DNA from: Eledone cirrhosa
Lineage: Eukaryota
NCBI GenBank assembly: GCA_964016885.1
Contig: OZ024742.1
Span: forward strand, 310,868,001 to 310,932,000
Direction: 5' to 3'
Length of the DNA stretch: 64,000 nt
Shown here: one piece after another, positions 36,798 to 48,410 of the stretch
Numbering within the stretch: position 1 is the first letter of the stretch
Layout of the letters: the number at the start of each line of letters is the position of its first letter
Program-made: the position numbers and the translations under genes
Notes under the pieces: generated by a model
Seen by the model: only the letters and a program-made list of their open reading frames with translations
Told to the model about the DNA's origin: nothing
The model's database searches: none

Positions 36798-37044
36798 TGT
36801 GCGTGTGTGCGAGTGTGTGTATTGATATATGTGCATATATATGTATATACCTATAAATACACATATAATTACGTATATGTATGTATGTAAACATATTCCT
36901 ACATGATATATGTTGGAACATATGCAGTACACAAGTATGTAATCACACCAATATATAAAAGATATGACATTTTTTCCACACGACATTTTTCTTATCTAAT
37001 ACTCTCTGAACATAACACTGTGACATAATAATATTATATAACTC

Positions 37045-37086
<42 letters not shown>

Positions 37087-37097
37087 GTGTGTGTGTA

Positions 37098-37440
37098 CTC
37101 GTGGCTTAGGGGATAGAAACTTGGAGTCACAATCGTGAACTTATGAGTTGGATTCCCGAGCCGGGCGATGCATTGTGGCCTTGAGCAAGACACTTTATTT
37201 CATGTTGTTCCAGTTTACTCAGCTGTAGGAATGCGTTGCCACGTCACTCGTGCACAGCTGCATCGTCTTTTGCCTTTCTCTTGGACAACATATGTGGCGT
37301 GGAGAGAGGAGACTGGTATGTAAGGACGACTGCTGGTCTTCCACCCACAAAAACACATTGCCCGGGCATATGTCTCGGAGAGGAACTTTCGAGGTGCAAA
37401 TGACATGGTCATTCGAGATCAAAGGGCAACTTTACCCTTT
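37098..37440 (+). mobile_element. tRNA-derived SINE, family S2
   Basis: GTGGCTTAG..GGATTCCC head, CCTTGAGCAAGACACTT and ACTCAGCTGTA body, and ACTTTACCCTTT tail. Head shared with 39400-39595 and 62706-62990. Confidence 0.75.
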
Positions 37441-37454
37441 TGTCTGTCTGTCTG

Positions 37455-37486
<32 letters not shown>

Positions 37487-37508
37487 TGTATGTATGTATA
37501 CATATGTC

Positions 37509-37970
37509 TGGTCACTCTTGAGTGCTACTGGTAACATGTAACCCAGTACAACCTGTCGCATGGTCGGGGCGTCGGCGACAAAACCAGCAACCCCACCAAG
37601 TTTACTTGGTGAGGAGGGTGCTTTTGGACACCCTGCAGGACAAAAAACAAAACCAGACAAAGGGCGGAAGAACTCACAAGAGTCAACGGCCATCCGAAAG
37701 TGTGAAAATATGTATATAGACATGTACCTCCCGGTTAAACCACTGGGAGTGAAGGACCCCTTGCCTTTGTCAGGGCATTCTTCTAGGAGAAGGCAACTCA
37801 GGAAACTGGGAAAACTCCGATATAAAACCTGCGGCTCAGTAGTTACCGATGATGTTGATCTTTTCTTCTTTTCGGGTTATAACTACTGTCGCACAGATAG
37901 TGGGATTGGCTCAGTGTACAGTTTTTCCTCACTTTAAAAAATATCTTCACGCACAGGCATTGCATGATAG
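37509..37970 (+). mobile_element. Non-coding element resembling RTE 5' UTR sequence
   Basis: GC-richer island after (TATG)n with CAGCAACCCCACC and CTAGGAGAAGG..AAAACTC..AAACCT. The resemblance is recalled from RTE 5' UTRs and was not checked by search. Confidence 0.4.
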
Positions 37971-38626
37971 AATTGATTAATAATTATTAATAATGGTATA
38001 TCGTGCAATGGCCATACTCGTTAACGAGGGGGCAGCTATCATGTATACATATATATATATTGATGTGTGTACGAGTATATTGGTTTCATCATCATCACCG
38101 TTTTACGTCCATTTTTCACACTAAGATGGGTTTACCGAGCGGTTTATATATATATATATACATATATATAAAAAGAGAGAGAGGGAGGGAGAGAAAAAGA
38201 CTGAATATAATACTATTGCATAACATTATTATATAAAATTTTGTAAAGTATTATATATTTATATTTATCTATATGCGTGTGCGTGTGCGTGCGAGAGAGT
38301 GTATGTGTTTGTGTGAGCGAATAAGTTTGAATATGTATGTGTATACACCATTATGTTTCGTTTCTTGTTAAGTTTTAGCTGTTGTTTTAGTTGTTATTTC
38401 AATGTTTTCTTTCGATACAGTTCTTCCTTGAAAACATTTATCCCGACTCACATTATATTTTTGTTTCTCACCGCACTCTCAGAAATAAGTTCTAAATAAA
38501 ATGCCTCTCACCGTTTATTCAGGCAAAACAACAAACAATTTATAAGCTCGAAGATCGTGGTTCTTCACTTTATTAAATAATAAACACCAACATATGTTGT
38601 CCATGCAAATTAATAATGTATATATA

Positions 38627-38694
<68 letters not shown>

Positions 38695-38889
38695 TGTGTG
38701 TGTGTGTGTTTGTGTGTTTGTGTGTGTGTGTGTGTTTGTGTGTTTGTGTGTGTGTGTGCAACATTTGCGCAGATGGACGACATATGCTTACAACCTTAGG
38801 ATGACATTGCTACAGACACTTGTAAAGTATATGAAATGAACATAAATTCATATATACACATATATATATATATATATATGTATTTCTAC

Positions 38890-38924
<35 letters not shown>

Positions 38925-39399
38925 GACGGGAAGAGAGAGAGAAAGGACGACGAATTAATGAGACGTAGAGGTGAGGAATATCTATGAAAATAGGAAAGAG
39001 ATTGATATATGTGTACATGCATCTTTGCATATTATATGTATATGTAAGTGGTAGTGTGTTTGTGTGTGTATCTGCGTGTTTGTGTGTGTGTGTGTGTGTC
39101 TGTGTGTCTGTGTAATGGGTTTTTAACCAAGGTTACAAAATGAAACGTGCATCCTGTTCTGTTTTCAACATGAACTCAAAGAAACTAAAAATCAAATATA
39201 AAGATAAGTAAGGAAAAATTGCTAAGAGGTGGCGAAGAATTCTCAAGTAGGAAAGTTTTAGTATTTTCTTTTATTTCAAATTCACTCTATCATTTGCGTT
39301 CAAATCTCATTCAGTTTACCTTTTCCCTCAATCCTTCCCAATGGCTATAATATCGACAAGATCGCAGGCCTCATTCGCTTAACGAGTGAGGTGGAGCTC

Positions 39400-39595
39400 G
39401 TCAAATCGAACCGAGGAAACTATGTTTCCATTGGTTTTTCCAATTGCTAATACTATCTGTAGGTCGCAAATCCAGGCAGAAGGAACAACGAGAAATAAAG
39501 TGCCTTGCTGAAAGACATAACGCATCGCCCGGTCCGGGAATCGAAATCACAACCTCACGATTGCTATCCAATTCTCTAACCACTCAGCCACGCTC
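39400..39595 (-). mobile_element. S2-type SINE, 5' part
   Basis: Minus strand: GAGCGTGGCTGAGTGGTTAG..TTTCGATTCCCGGACCGGGCG..CAGCAAGGCACTTTATTTC. Confidence 0.75.
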
Positions 39596-39839
39596 CTTCC
39601 CAATGGATACAACAAATACAAATAATCTAATAATTTGTACGGAATTTTTACGAACTTCGCTCGTAGCTCAATGATTATTTATTATCTAAATTTTCATTTG
39701 ATATTCGAGAACTTAAAATCGAAACGGAAAGGGTTCTATGTCATTTAGTATGACTGCTCACCGTTGTGTCACCTTAGTGATCTTTGTAGAAATATCGAAT
39801 ATAGGAATTCTAACAAGCCACTCCAGGTCTATATATATA

Positions 39840-39983
39840 TAAATGGAAAAAAATGAAATTTCATTTCTCACGCTTAATACGGCTGATACTTAAATATAAG
39901 TATGTATGCGTATATACATATATGTATACAGACGTACAGTAGTATATATGTATACAGACGTGCAGTATATACATACATACATG

Positions 39984-40069
<86 letters not shown>

Positions 40070-40543
40070 ATGGGTTTACCGAACATTTATTATAATGCTC
40101 GGTTTGTTTGTAAACAAACAGCCCGAATTATTAGCCGTACAGTGTTCAGCAACCATCGTTGCCCTTTTGTTCAACACTGACAAAGAAACGATGAACTAGT
40201 TTCTAGCTTATTAGCTGTCATCAGCACCGTATACCATCCTGTCATTCGATTGAACGTTTGAAAGTATATGCATATTAACGGCTGAGCAGCCTAATTTGCA
40301 TATCGAGTGAGTTAGTCGACCGGGTGTACCGAAAACGATAAATGGAAAAAACGAAATTTCATTTCTCACTCTTAGTACGGCTGATACTTAAATATAAGTA
40401 TGTATACGTACATACATATACGTATACAGACGTACAGTAGTATGTATATACATACATACATGCACATATATATATATATATGTACGTATGGGTTTACCGA
40501 ACATTTATTATAATGCTCGGTTTGTTTGTAAACAAACAGCCCG
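39840..40543 (-). mobile_element. Family B repeat, second locus (~1.4 units)
   Basis: AAATGGAAAAA at 39841 and 40340 (period 499 because of an expanded internal TA tract). Same terminus as the 8276-8822 copy, with (TA)n on both sides. Confidence 0.78.
40188..40230 (-). ncRNA. Minimal type I hammerhead ribozyme (family B copy 2)
   Basis: Minus strand: ACGGTG-CTGATGA-cAGCT-aata-AGCTa-GAAA-CTAG-TT-CATCGT. Confidence 0.8.
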
Positions 40544-40545
40544 GG

Positions 40546-40627
<82 letters not shown>

Positions 40628-40635
<8 letters not shown>

Positions 40636-40994
40636 ATACTTGGGGAGGGTCATATTTGCGTAATATTGCCAGAATTAATAACAGAACACACTCACTGTTT
40701 GGTTGGTTTTCGCTTCTCGCTGTCTTTTATATCTGCGATCTAACTTACTCGGTCCTCAATGTTGCCATTGACTGACCGACGGTCAAAAATAATACAGATA
40801 CAATATAGACACAAACACATATATATAGTTTACATAATTTACATAAATCTTTCGTTGCACATCTGCAACATCGTCAGGAGGAAAAAATATAACACCACTG
40901 ACGATGTTGCAGATGTGCAACGAAAGATTTATGTAAATTATAGTATAACAATATCTGTTTCGACACACGATTTCATATAAAAAACCTCGCTAAA

Positions 40995-40998
<4 letters not shown>
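40628..40998. mobile_element. ORF-less fold-back pLTR of the Penelope family at 47930-51402
   Basis: 40630-40875 matches 47930-48167. It is followed by an inverted, internally deleted pLTR piece and the same tail TGTTTCGACACACGATTTCATATAAAAAACCTCGC seen at 51349-51383. Confidence 0.85.
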
Positions 40999-41025
<27 letters not shown>

Positions 41026-41026
<1 letters not shown>

Positions 41027-41208
41027 ACGAAGGAAATGTGGTAAAGAACCAGGTGGACCATAACGCACCAAAGTACTCAATACTTAGGGTAGAAGAGTGG
41101 GTAATAGGAACCAGTAAGACCCCGACGGCTGAGCTCAAACCGTTTCGACGGCTAATTCGAATTAGCCGTCGAAACGGCTTGAGCTCAGCCGTCGGGGTCT
41201 TACTGGTT

Positions 41209-41213
<5 letters not shown>
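41026..41213. mobile_element. Fold-back cassette (110-bp palindrome 41104-41213 plus tail)
   Basis: Loopless centre AATTCGAATT with one mismatch. A diverged relative lies at ~43000-43130 (+). Flanked by (TA)n. Confidence 0.65.
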
Positions 41214-41253
<40 letters not shown>

Positions 41254-41584
41254 AAATCACAAGGTACGTCCTTTGTAGTTGAGTGAAACATGTAGAAACC
41301 AATTAATTAATGTATTAATTAATGCATTGAACCTTGGTGATATTTTTCATTTTTATATATGGTGTGATTTGATAATCAACGATAAACGGAAATCTGTAAT
41401 TTGGATTTATCTGTGAACTGTCTTTCCTCAATCTTGATATTGACAAAGTTACATTAGAGCTTTAAATATCTAAATGTCTTATACAGTTGTATCATCAACT
41501 TATATAATTTACCCTATATATATATAGAGAGAGAGAGATATTTATATATATAGATATTTATATATATAGATATATATATATATA

Positions 41585-42381
41585 GATATTTTATTTGAGT
41601 GACCCGAATCTTCCTGGTCGTTCTTTTTCGGCTGCATGGGTGATTTTAGGCATAATCTTTGTGTGTTGGTATTTTAACGATAGTTATAGCTCTGATTTAT
41701 CTGAATTATTGAGCCCTCTGCCACTCATGTCGGATTTGTTTATCGTAAATTCGTGAGCTGATTTTCCGATACTCGATTATTCTATTATATTTAGCTCTAG
41801 ACATAGCTATTGACCAGTTAATTTTATTGTTCATTTTTTGTCGATTCTATTGAATGATGAATAGCTCCTGTTTATTTTAACATGTCTATCGAGCACTCTG
41901 ATTCGATATGTGTTTTCCACATTACCGATAATTTTTCGCGAATATAGAGGTTATCTCCCTTGCTGGACTCCATGTGCGTTCTAGCTAAAGTTAACTTCTT
42001 TATCCGTTGGACGTAACCCGTTGATAAAGTGTTCCGGTCCATCCGCTCCCTAGAAGTCTTATATATTTATGTGGGCTGATAGAGGGCGGATTAAGGAATT
42101 GCAGAAACCCAAGAAGCTAGATTTACCACCTTTCTAGTGGGTCCGGGTAAGTTTTTTACATTCATATAAATTATTGATTTATTGATATTTTATTTGAGTG
42201 ACCCGAATCTTCCTGGTCGTTCTTTTTCGGCTGCATGGGTGATTTTAGGCATGATCTTTGTGTGTTGGTATTTTAACGATAGTTATAGCTCTGATTTATC
42301 TGAATTATTGAGCCCTCTGCCACTCATGTCGGATTTGTTTATCGTAAATTCGTGAGCTGATTTTCCGATACTCGATTATTC

Positions 42382-42389
<8 letters not shown>
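41585..42389 (+). mobile_element. Retrozyme-like HHR repeat, family C (599-bp unit plus ~205-bp repeat)
   Basis: 41585-41790 is repeated almost identically at 42184-42389. HHR at 42016-42148, TA-rich flanks, no ORF. Confidence 0.75.
42016..42148 (+). ncRNA. Type I hammerhead ribozyme, U3-A8 variant with extended stems II and III
   Basis: ACCCG-TTGATAA-aGTGTTCC..ATCCGCTC..GGGCGGAT..GGAATTGCa-GAAA-CCCA..CTAGA..TCTAG-TGGG-TC-CGGGT. Confidence 0.78.
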
Positions 42390-42461
<72 letters not shown>

Positions 42462-42467
<6 letters not shown>

Positions 42468-42755
42468 AAATAGAATTTCGCTTCAAGCATAGTTTTATAC
42501 AATATGTATAAAAATTTCGTATCTCCAAAGAAATACGGTTTTAGGAAGCCGTTAGATATGCAAACACCGGGGGGGCTAACGCCCTCTGGTGATGTCCAGC
42601 AGAAGCAAGGGACCAGACGATGGCCAGTTAAGCCTGAAATGCATAGACGGTTGTCCCCTTGCTTCTGCTGGACATCATTAGAGGGCGTAAGCCCCCCGGT
42701 ATTTACATAGCTACGGCTTCCTAAAACCGTATTTCTTTGGAGATACGAAATATTT

Positions 42756-42763
<8 letters not shown>
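42462..42763. mobile_element. Fold-back cassette with a degenerate HHR core in its spacer
   Basis: ~110-bp imperfect arms at 42502-42613 and 42653-42763. Spacer CAGACGA-tGGC-cagttaa-GCCt-GAAA-TGCA-TA-GACGGTT; lies in (TA)n. Confidence 0.65.
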
Positions 42764-42821
<58 letters not shown>

Positions 42822-43273
42822 AAATTGACAATGTAAATAAAAACAACAAAGTCAAGTTATTTTATCTATTCATATCATTGTTTTACGATCGTCTCGGGGG
42901 GTCGATCATATTGAGTTATTGTCTGATCTATAGCAGTTATATAACTGTATACTATTAGACCTCATATAGAGGTTCGATCAGTCTTCTTCGGAACGGATCT
43001 AGCTGTCGACGCGGCCGGAGCTCAGCCGTCGGGGTCCTGATTTTTTTCATATTACCCACTCTTCTACACTAAGTATCGAGTACTGTCGTGGGTTATCGTC
43101 TACCTGGTTTTTTACCATACTCTTACTGATATATATATATATTATATAATTTGTGTGGGATGCTTAAAGCGTCCGTAAGCGGTATGCCGTTTGAGCACTC
43201 GATGCTCTTACAGAGCAGAGTATAATATCACATAAGAAACGGAGAATCAGTGGTGCGACGAATAAGATTTATT

Positions 43274-43358
43274 AGACATATTACAATCGTTTCTCTGGTG
43301 ACCAGCTCAAGGCACGATCAAACCTGACTCTGAAATCGCTAGATCCTCAGATATGTCT
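43274..43358 (-). ncRNA. Type I hammerhead ribozyme
   Basis: Minus strand: AGACATAT-CTGAGGA-TCT..AGA-GAAA-CGATTG-TA-ATATGTCT (8-bp stem I). Confidence 0.8.
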
Positions 43359-43992
43359 CGATTCTACGAAGCAGAGTTTCCAAATGTCCAGTTACACCCG
43401 CTGCCTTAACTCGGCAGCTTAGATCCTGTTGTTTTCATTCTATGAGTGGTCAAGAATTGTACACGTCATTGGTAATTTTAGCCACACAGGGCCGTCGTAT
43501 ATTTGGTTCCTTTCAATTGCCACCTGTCAATCAAAGTTGTTTCTTATATCGGAATTACTACTGTAGGGGTTAAGGGGTTGTATGATTGAACCGGTCGTGT
43601 CTTGTCGCAGCCCTGCCGGTCTATAGGCTCCCACACCCATGTTCATGCATCGTGCAGGCGTGTTAGGTATGGGCACTTATACACCCACACTAATCAGATA
43701 CACACCGGCAACTGTCTAATATGCGATAATCACAGTAAATATTAAATATTAAATGTGTATCGGATACTTAGAAAGAAAAACCATTTTAAAAAAAAACAGT
43801 TAAAAAAACATTTAAAAAACAAACATTTAAAAAGGCGTTTCATAAAAAAACACCCTCAAAATACCTTAAAAACCCCACATTTCAAAAAAAAAACCTATAA
43901 AAAGAACGTCTTTAAAAGGAAGCTTGGAAGAGCCCTTCAAAAAAGTTATTTCAAAGGTATTTTTGATAAGTATACGCATGTCCACACACACA

Positions 43993-45181
43993 CTGTACTC
44001 ACTGAATCATATATACTTAAGACGCTGTACTCAGTGAATCATATATACTTAAGACGCTGTACTCAGTGAATCATATATACTTAAGACGCTGTACTCAGTG
44101 AATCATATATACTTAAGACGCTGTACTCAGTGAATCATATATACTTAAGACGTTCTACTCAGTGAATCATATATACTTAAGACGCTGCACTCTGTGAATC
44201 ATATATACTTAAGACGCTGTACTCAGTGAATCATATATACTTGAGACGCTGTACTCAGTGAATCATATATACTTAAGACGCTGTACTCAGTGAATCATAT
44301 ACACTTAAGACGCTGTACTCAGTGAATCATATATACTTAAGACGCTGTACTCAGTGAATCATATATACTTAAGACGCTGCACTCAGTGAATCATATATAC
44401 TTAAGACGCTGTACTCAGTGAATCATATATACTTGAGACGCTGTACTCAGTGAATCATATATACTTAAGACGCTGTACTCAGTGAATCATATATACTTAA
44501 GACGCTGTACTCAGTGAATCATATATACTTAAGACGCTGCACTCAGTGAATCATATATACTTAAGACGCTGCACTCAGTGAATCATATATACTTAAGACG
44601 CTGTACTCAGTGAATCATATATACTTGAGACGCTGTACTCAGTGAATCATATATACTTAAGACGCTGTACTCAGTGAATCATATATACTTAAGACGCTTT
44701 ACTCAGTGAGTCATATATACTTAAGATGCTGTACTCAGTGAATCATATATACTTAAGACGCTGCACTCAGTGAATCATATATACTTAAGACGCTGTACTC
44801 AGTGAATCATATATACTTGAGACGCTGTACTCAGTGAATCATATATACTTAAGACGCTGTACTCAGTGAATCATATATACTTAAGACGCTTTACTCAGTG
44901 AATCATATATACTTAAGATGCTGTACTCAGTGAATCATATATACTTAAGACGCTGCACTCAGTGAATCATATATACTTAAGACGCTGTACTCAGTGAATC
45001 ATATATACTTGAGACGCTGTACTCAGTGAATCATATATACTCTAGACGCTGTACTCAGTGAATTATATATACTTAAGACGCTGTACTCAGTGAATCATAT
45101 ATACTTAAGACGCTGCACTCAGTGAATCATATATACTTAAGACGCTGAACTCAGTGAATCATATATACTTAAGACGCTGTG
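43993..45181 (+). repeat. 32-bp minisatellite, ~37 copies
   Basis: Unit ACTCAGTGAATCATATATACTTAAGACGCTGT with no spacers. About 2.7 inverted copies lie at 45280-45368. Confidence 0.95.
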
Positions 45182-46090
45182 CACACATACAGATGAAAAA
45201 ATTGAGAATCTACACATAGATATGCATACACCTATACAGACATGTTCATACAATTAGATACACCCGGACATGCGTAGATACTGAGTACAGCGTCTTAAAG
45301 TATATATGATTCACTGAGTGCAGCGTCTTAAGTATATATGATTCACTGAGTACAGCATCTTAAGTATGATAGATAAATAGATAGATAGATAGTTAGATAG
45401 ATAGATAGATACTTATGCGTTTGGTTTACAAGTATGAAATTTTGCACACCCTGCATATTTTAATGCAGCATGACAAAACGCTTACAACTTGACTGACTTA
45501 ACAGAAGCTAAATAATGGAATGAAAATAAACCACATAGACTGTCACACACTCACATATAATTCATAGATATTCGCATACCTATTAGTCTATCAAATGCAA
45601 CATCAAACACATACTCTCATAATATACTCACAAACAGATACTGAATTGTACAATCTATCAATTTCGATGACAAGAGAACGGACGGGAAAATAATGCATAA
45701 AAAATTACGCCATAGTTGACTATTTGTTTTTTTATGAAGTAATATTTTTGTAGGTTCCATTGAACAATTTTTTCCAGACGCCGTTAGCCTGTTTCATGTG
45801 CCTGTCTTTATATATAGTGCCATATGTTAATACTAATGTTAGTGTGTTAAATTAAGGAGAAAATAGTTGAAATGAGCTAGGGTGATGTTTGTGTTGCCCG
45901 AAAGGAATGGAAAATCCAGCCCTTTCCAGACATTATTTTGCAATGTTACATCAATTTGTTTTTGTTATATTCTTGTAATTTACATTAAACTTTTGCTTTG
46001 CTTTTGATTGTATGTATGTATGTATGTATGTATGTATGTATGTATGTATGTATGTATGTATGCATGTATGTATGTATGTATGTATGTATG

Positions 46091-46121
<31 letters not shown>

Positions 46122-46229
46122 ATATATATGTATATATATATATATTTATATATATATATAAATATATATATATATATTTATATACATACATATATATACA
46201 CACACGAATATATATATATATATAATATA

Positions 46230-46306
<77 letters not shown>

Positions 46307-46513
46307 AGTGTGTTTCCTTGCAAGGATTTAAAATATAGTTTTTAAAAATGAAACTATATATAGATATCCTACAAAACCTAAAATGAATATATTTCTGCAT
46401 ATGAATATGTGTGGGTGGTTAAGGAGTTCTCACTGTATCCAGATGGTTCTGAGTTCAGTTTCGCTACGTGGCAACAGAAGCGAGTGTTTACTATAGTCAC
46501 AATTTTTGCAGTG

Positions 46514-46601
<88 letters not shown>

Positions 46602-46602
46602 C

Positions 46603-46639
<37 letters not shown>

Positions 46640-46861
46640 CATGAGAAGAATTGAATACTGCGTGGCTGCACATGGGTTATGATAAAAATAGTCCTTCATC
46701 AGTGATTTTCCAACCTTCATTGGTATTTCATCGCTTTAAAAATCATATACCTTCAGTTGGTGCGAGCAATAGCTAAATAAAGCTATTGGGACAAGTAAAT
46801 CGCGTAAAGCGAGCGAGACAAGTAAACAAACATAGAAGGATAGCAACGCAAAGATAGGAAG

Positions 46862-46967
<106 letters not shown>

Positions 46968-47105
46968 CTGAGTGTGTATGTATGTGACTATGTCTGTGTG
47001 CGTACGCCCTGTAATTCAATAATTCGACAAAAACGATCGGTAAAAATATGTATGTGTGTGTGTGTGTGCATGTGTGTGTGTGAGTGTTTATGAGTGAGTG
47101 TGTGC

Positions 47106-47139
<34 letters not shown>

Positions 47140-47527
47140 ACACGTGCTTGTGTGTGAAATTTTCATTGCCTAAATTTTGCCAGTATGGATTGAGGCGCAC
47201 AGTAGGGTAGACTGGCCTACTGATTATAGTGACAAACGGTTCCTTTAGAAAGAGCCATTGCAGCTGTCATTCGTAAAACATAAGGGCAATTTCTATTACG
47301 TAAGGTTTGTTGCTCAACATCTAAACACAACAAAGCAATGAATTCTGAAGCAAGGAAGCTATGAAGTTATAATAAATCAAGATGAATTCTGATCATTTAT
47401 TAATCACATCAAATGATGTCTGCTTAAACAGCCACCAAGTACACAAAAACAGTATTTCGAATCTCAGTGGCATATATACTCATTTCAATATATTTACAAT
47501 TCTAACTGCTCATTGGCTAAAACAACG

Positions 47528-47560
<33 letters not shown>

Positions 47561-47747
47561 AATATATATATATTAGAATTGGTGCTCTGAAATAGCGATA
47601 TATATATATGAATGTATATACAGTGTATTTTGCAATACACTGTATGCTTAATTAAAAGCATTTTGAAGACCTTACGCTATTGTTTTAAAATAGTGACAAT
47701 GTCACTTATTTAAATTTTCTCTTATTTAATATACTGTATATATATAA

Positions 47748-47925
<178 letters not shown>

Positions 47926-48111
47926 ATATATTGTTATACTTGGGGAGGGTCATATTTGTGTAATATTGCCAGAATTAATAACAGAACACACTCACTGTTT
48001 GGTTGGTTCTCGCTTCTGTGTCTTTTATATCGGTAATCTAATTTACTCAGTCCTCAATGTTGCCATTGACTGACCGACGGTCAAAAATAATACACATACA
48101 ATATAGACACA

Positions 48112-48174
48112 AACACATATATATAGTTTATCATAAATCTTTCGTTGCACATCTGCAACATCGTCAGTGGTGTT
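48112..48174 (-). ncRNA. HHR-like motif in the Penelope pLTR (also 60252-60323 + and around 40891-40940)
   Basis: CTGACGA-tGTTGCA-gatg-TGCAAC-GAAA-GATTTA-tga-TAAAC-TA. Core and stem II are clear, but proximal stem I pairing is poor. Confidence 0.55.
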
Positions 48175-48410
48175 ATATTTTCCTCCTGTTGTATTGTATG
48201 TCTACGCCATTTTTATTCAGTCTGTCTATATATTTATTTATTTATTTGCTTGTTTGTTTATTTTATTTTGTCTTCTTTGCGCATGCGTTTGCGTGTGTGT
48301 ATAGTGTTATGTTTGCTGTGTGATGGGTGACTAGTGTGTGTTTATGTGCTTGTTGTTATTGTGCTTTTGTATGTATTTATTTATTTATTTATCTTATTTT
48401 ATTTACTTAT

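Noticed and set aside
42878-42995. Additional minus-strand HHR (CCGAAGA...GAGA-CGATCG-TA)
   Set aside because: Two core substitutions and ambiguous stems make it too degenerate to call.
43755-44069. Lysine-rich 104-aa ORF
   Set aside because: It arises from A-rich low-complexity sequence running into the satellite.
43993-45181. CRISPR array
   Set aside because: The 32-bp units are contiguous with no unique spacers, there are no cas genes, and the context is eukaryotic.
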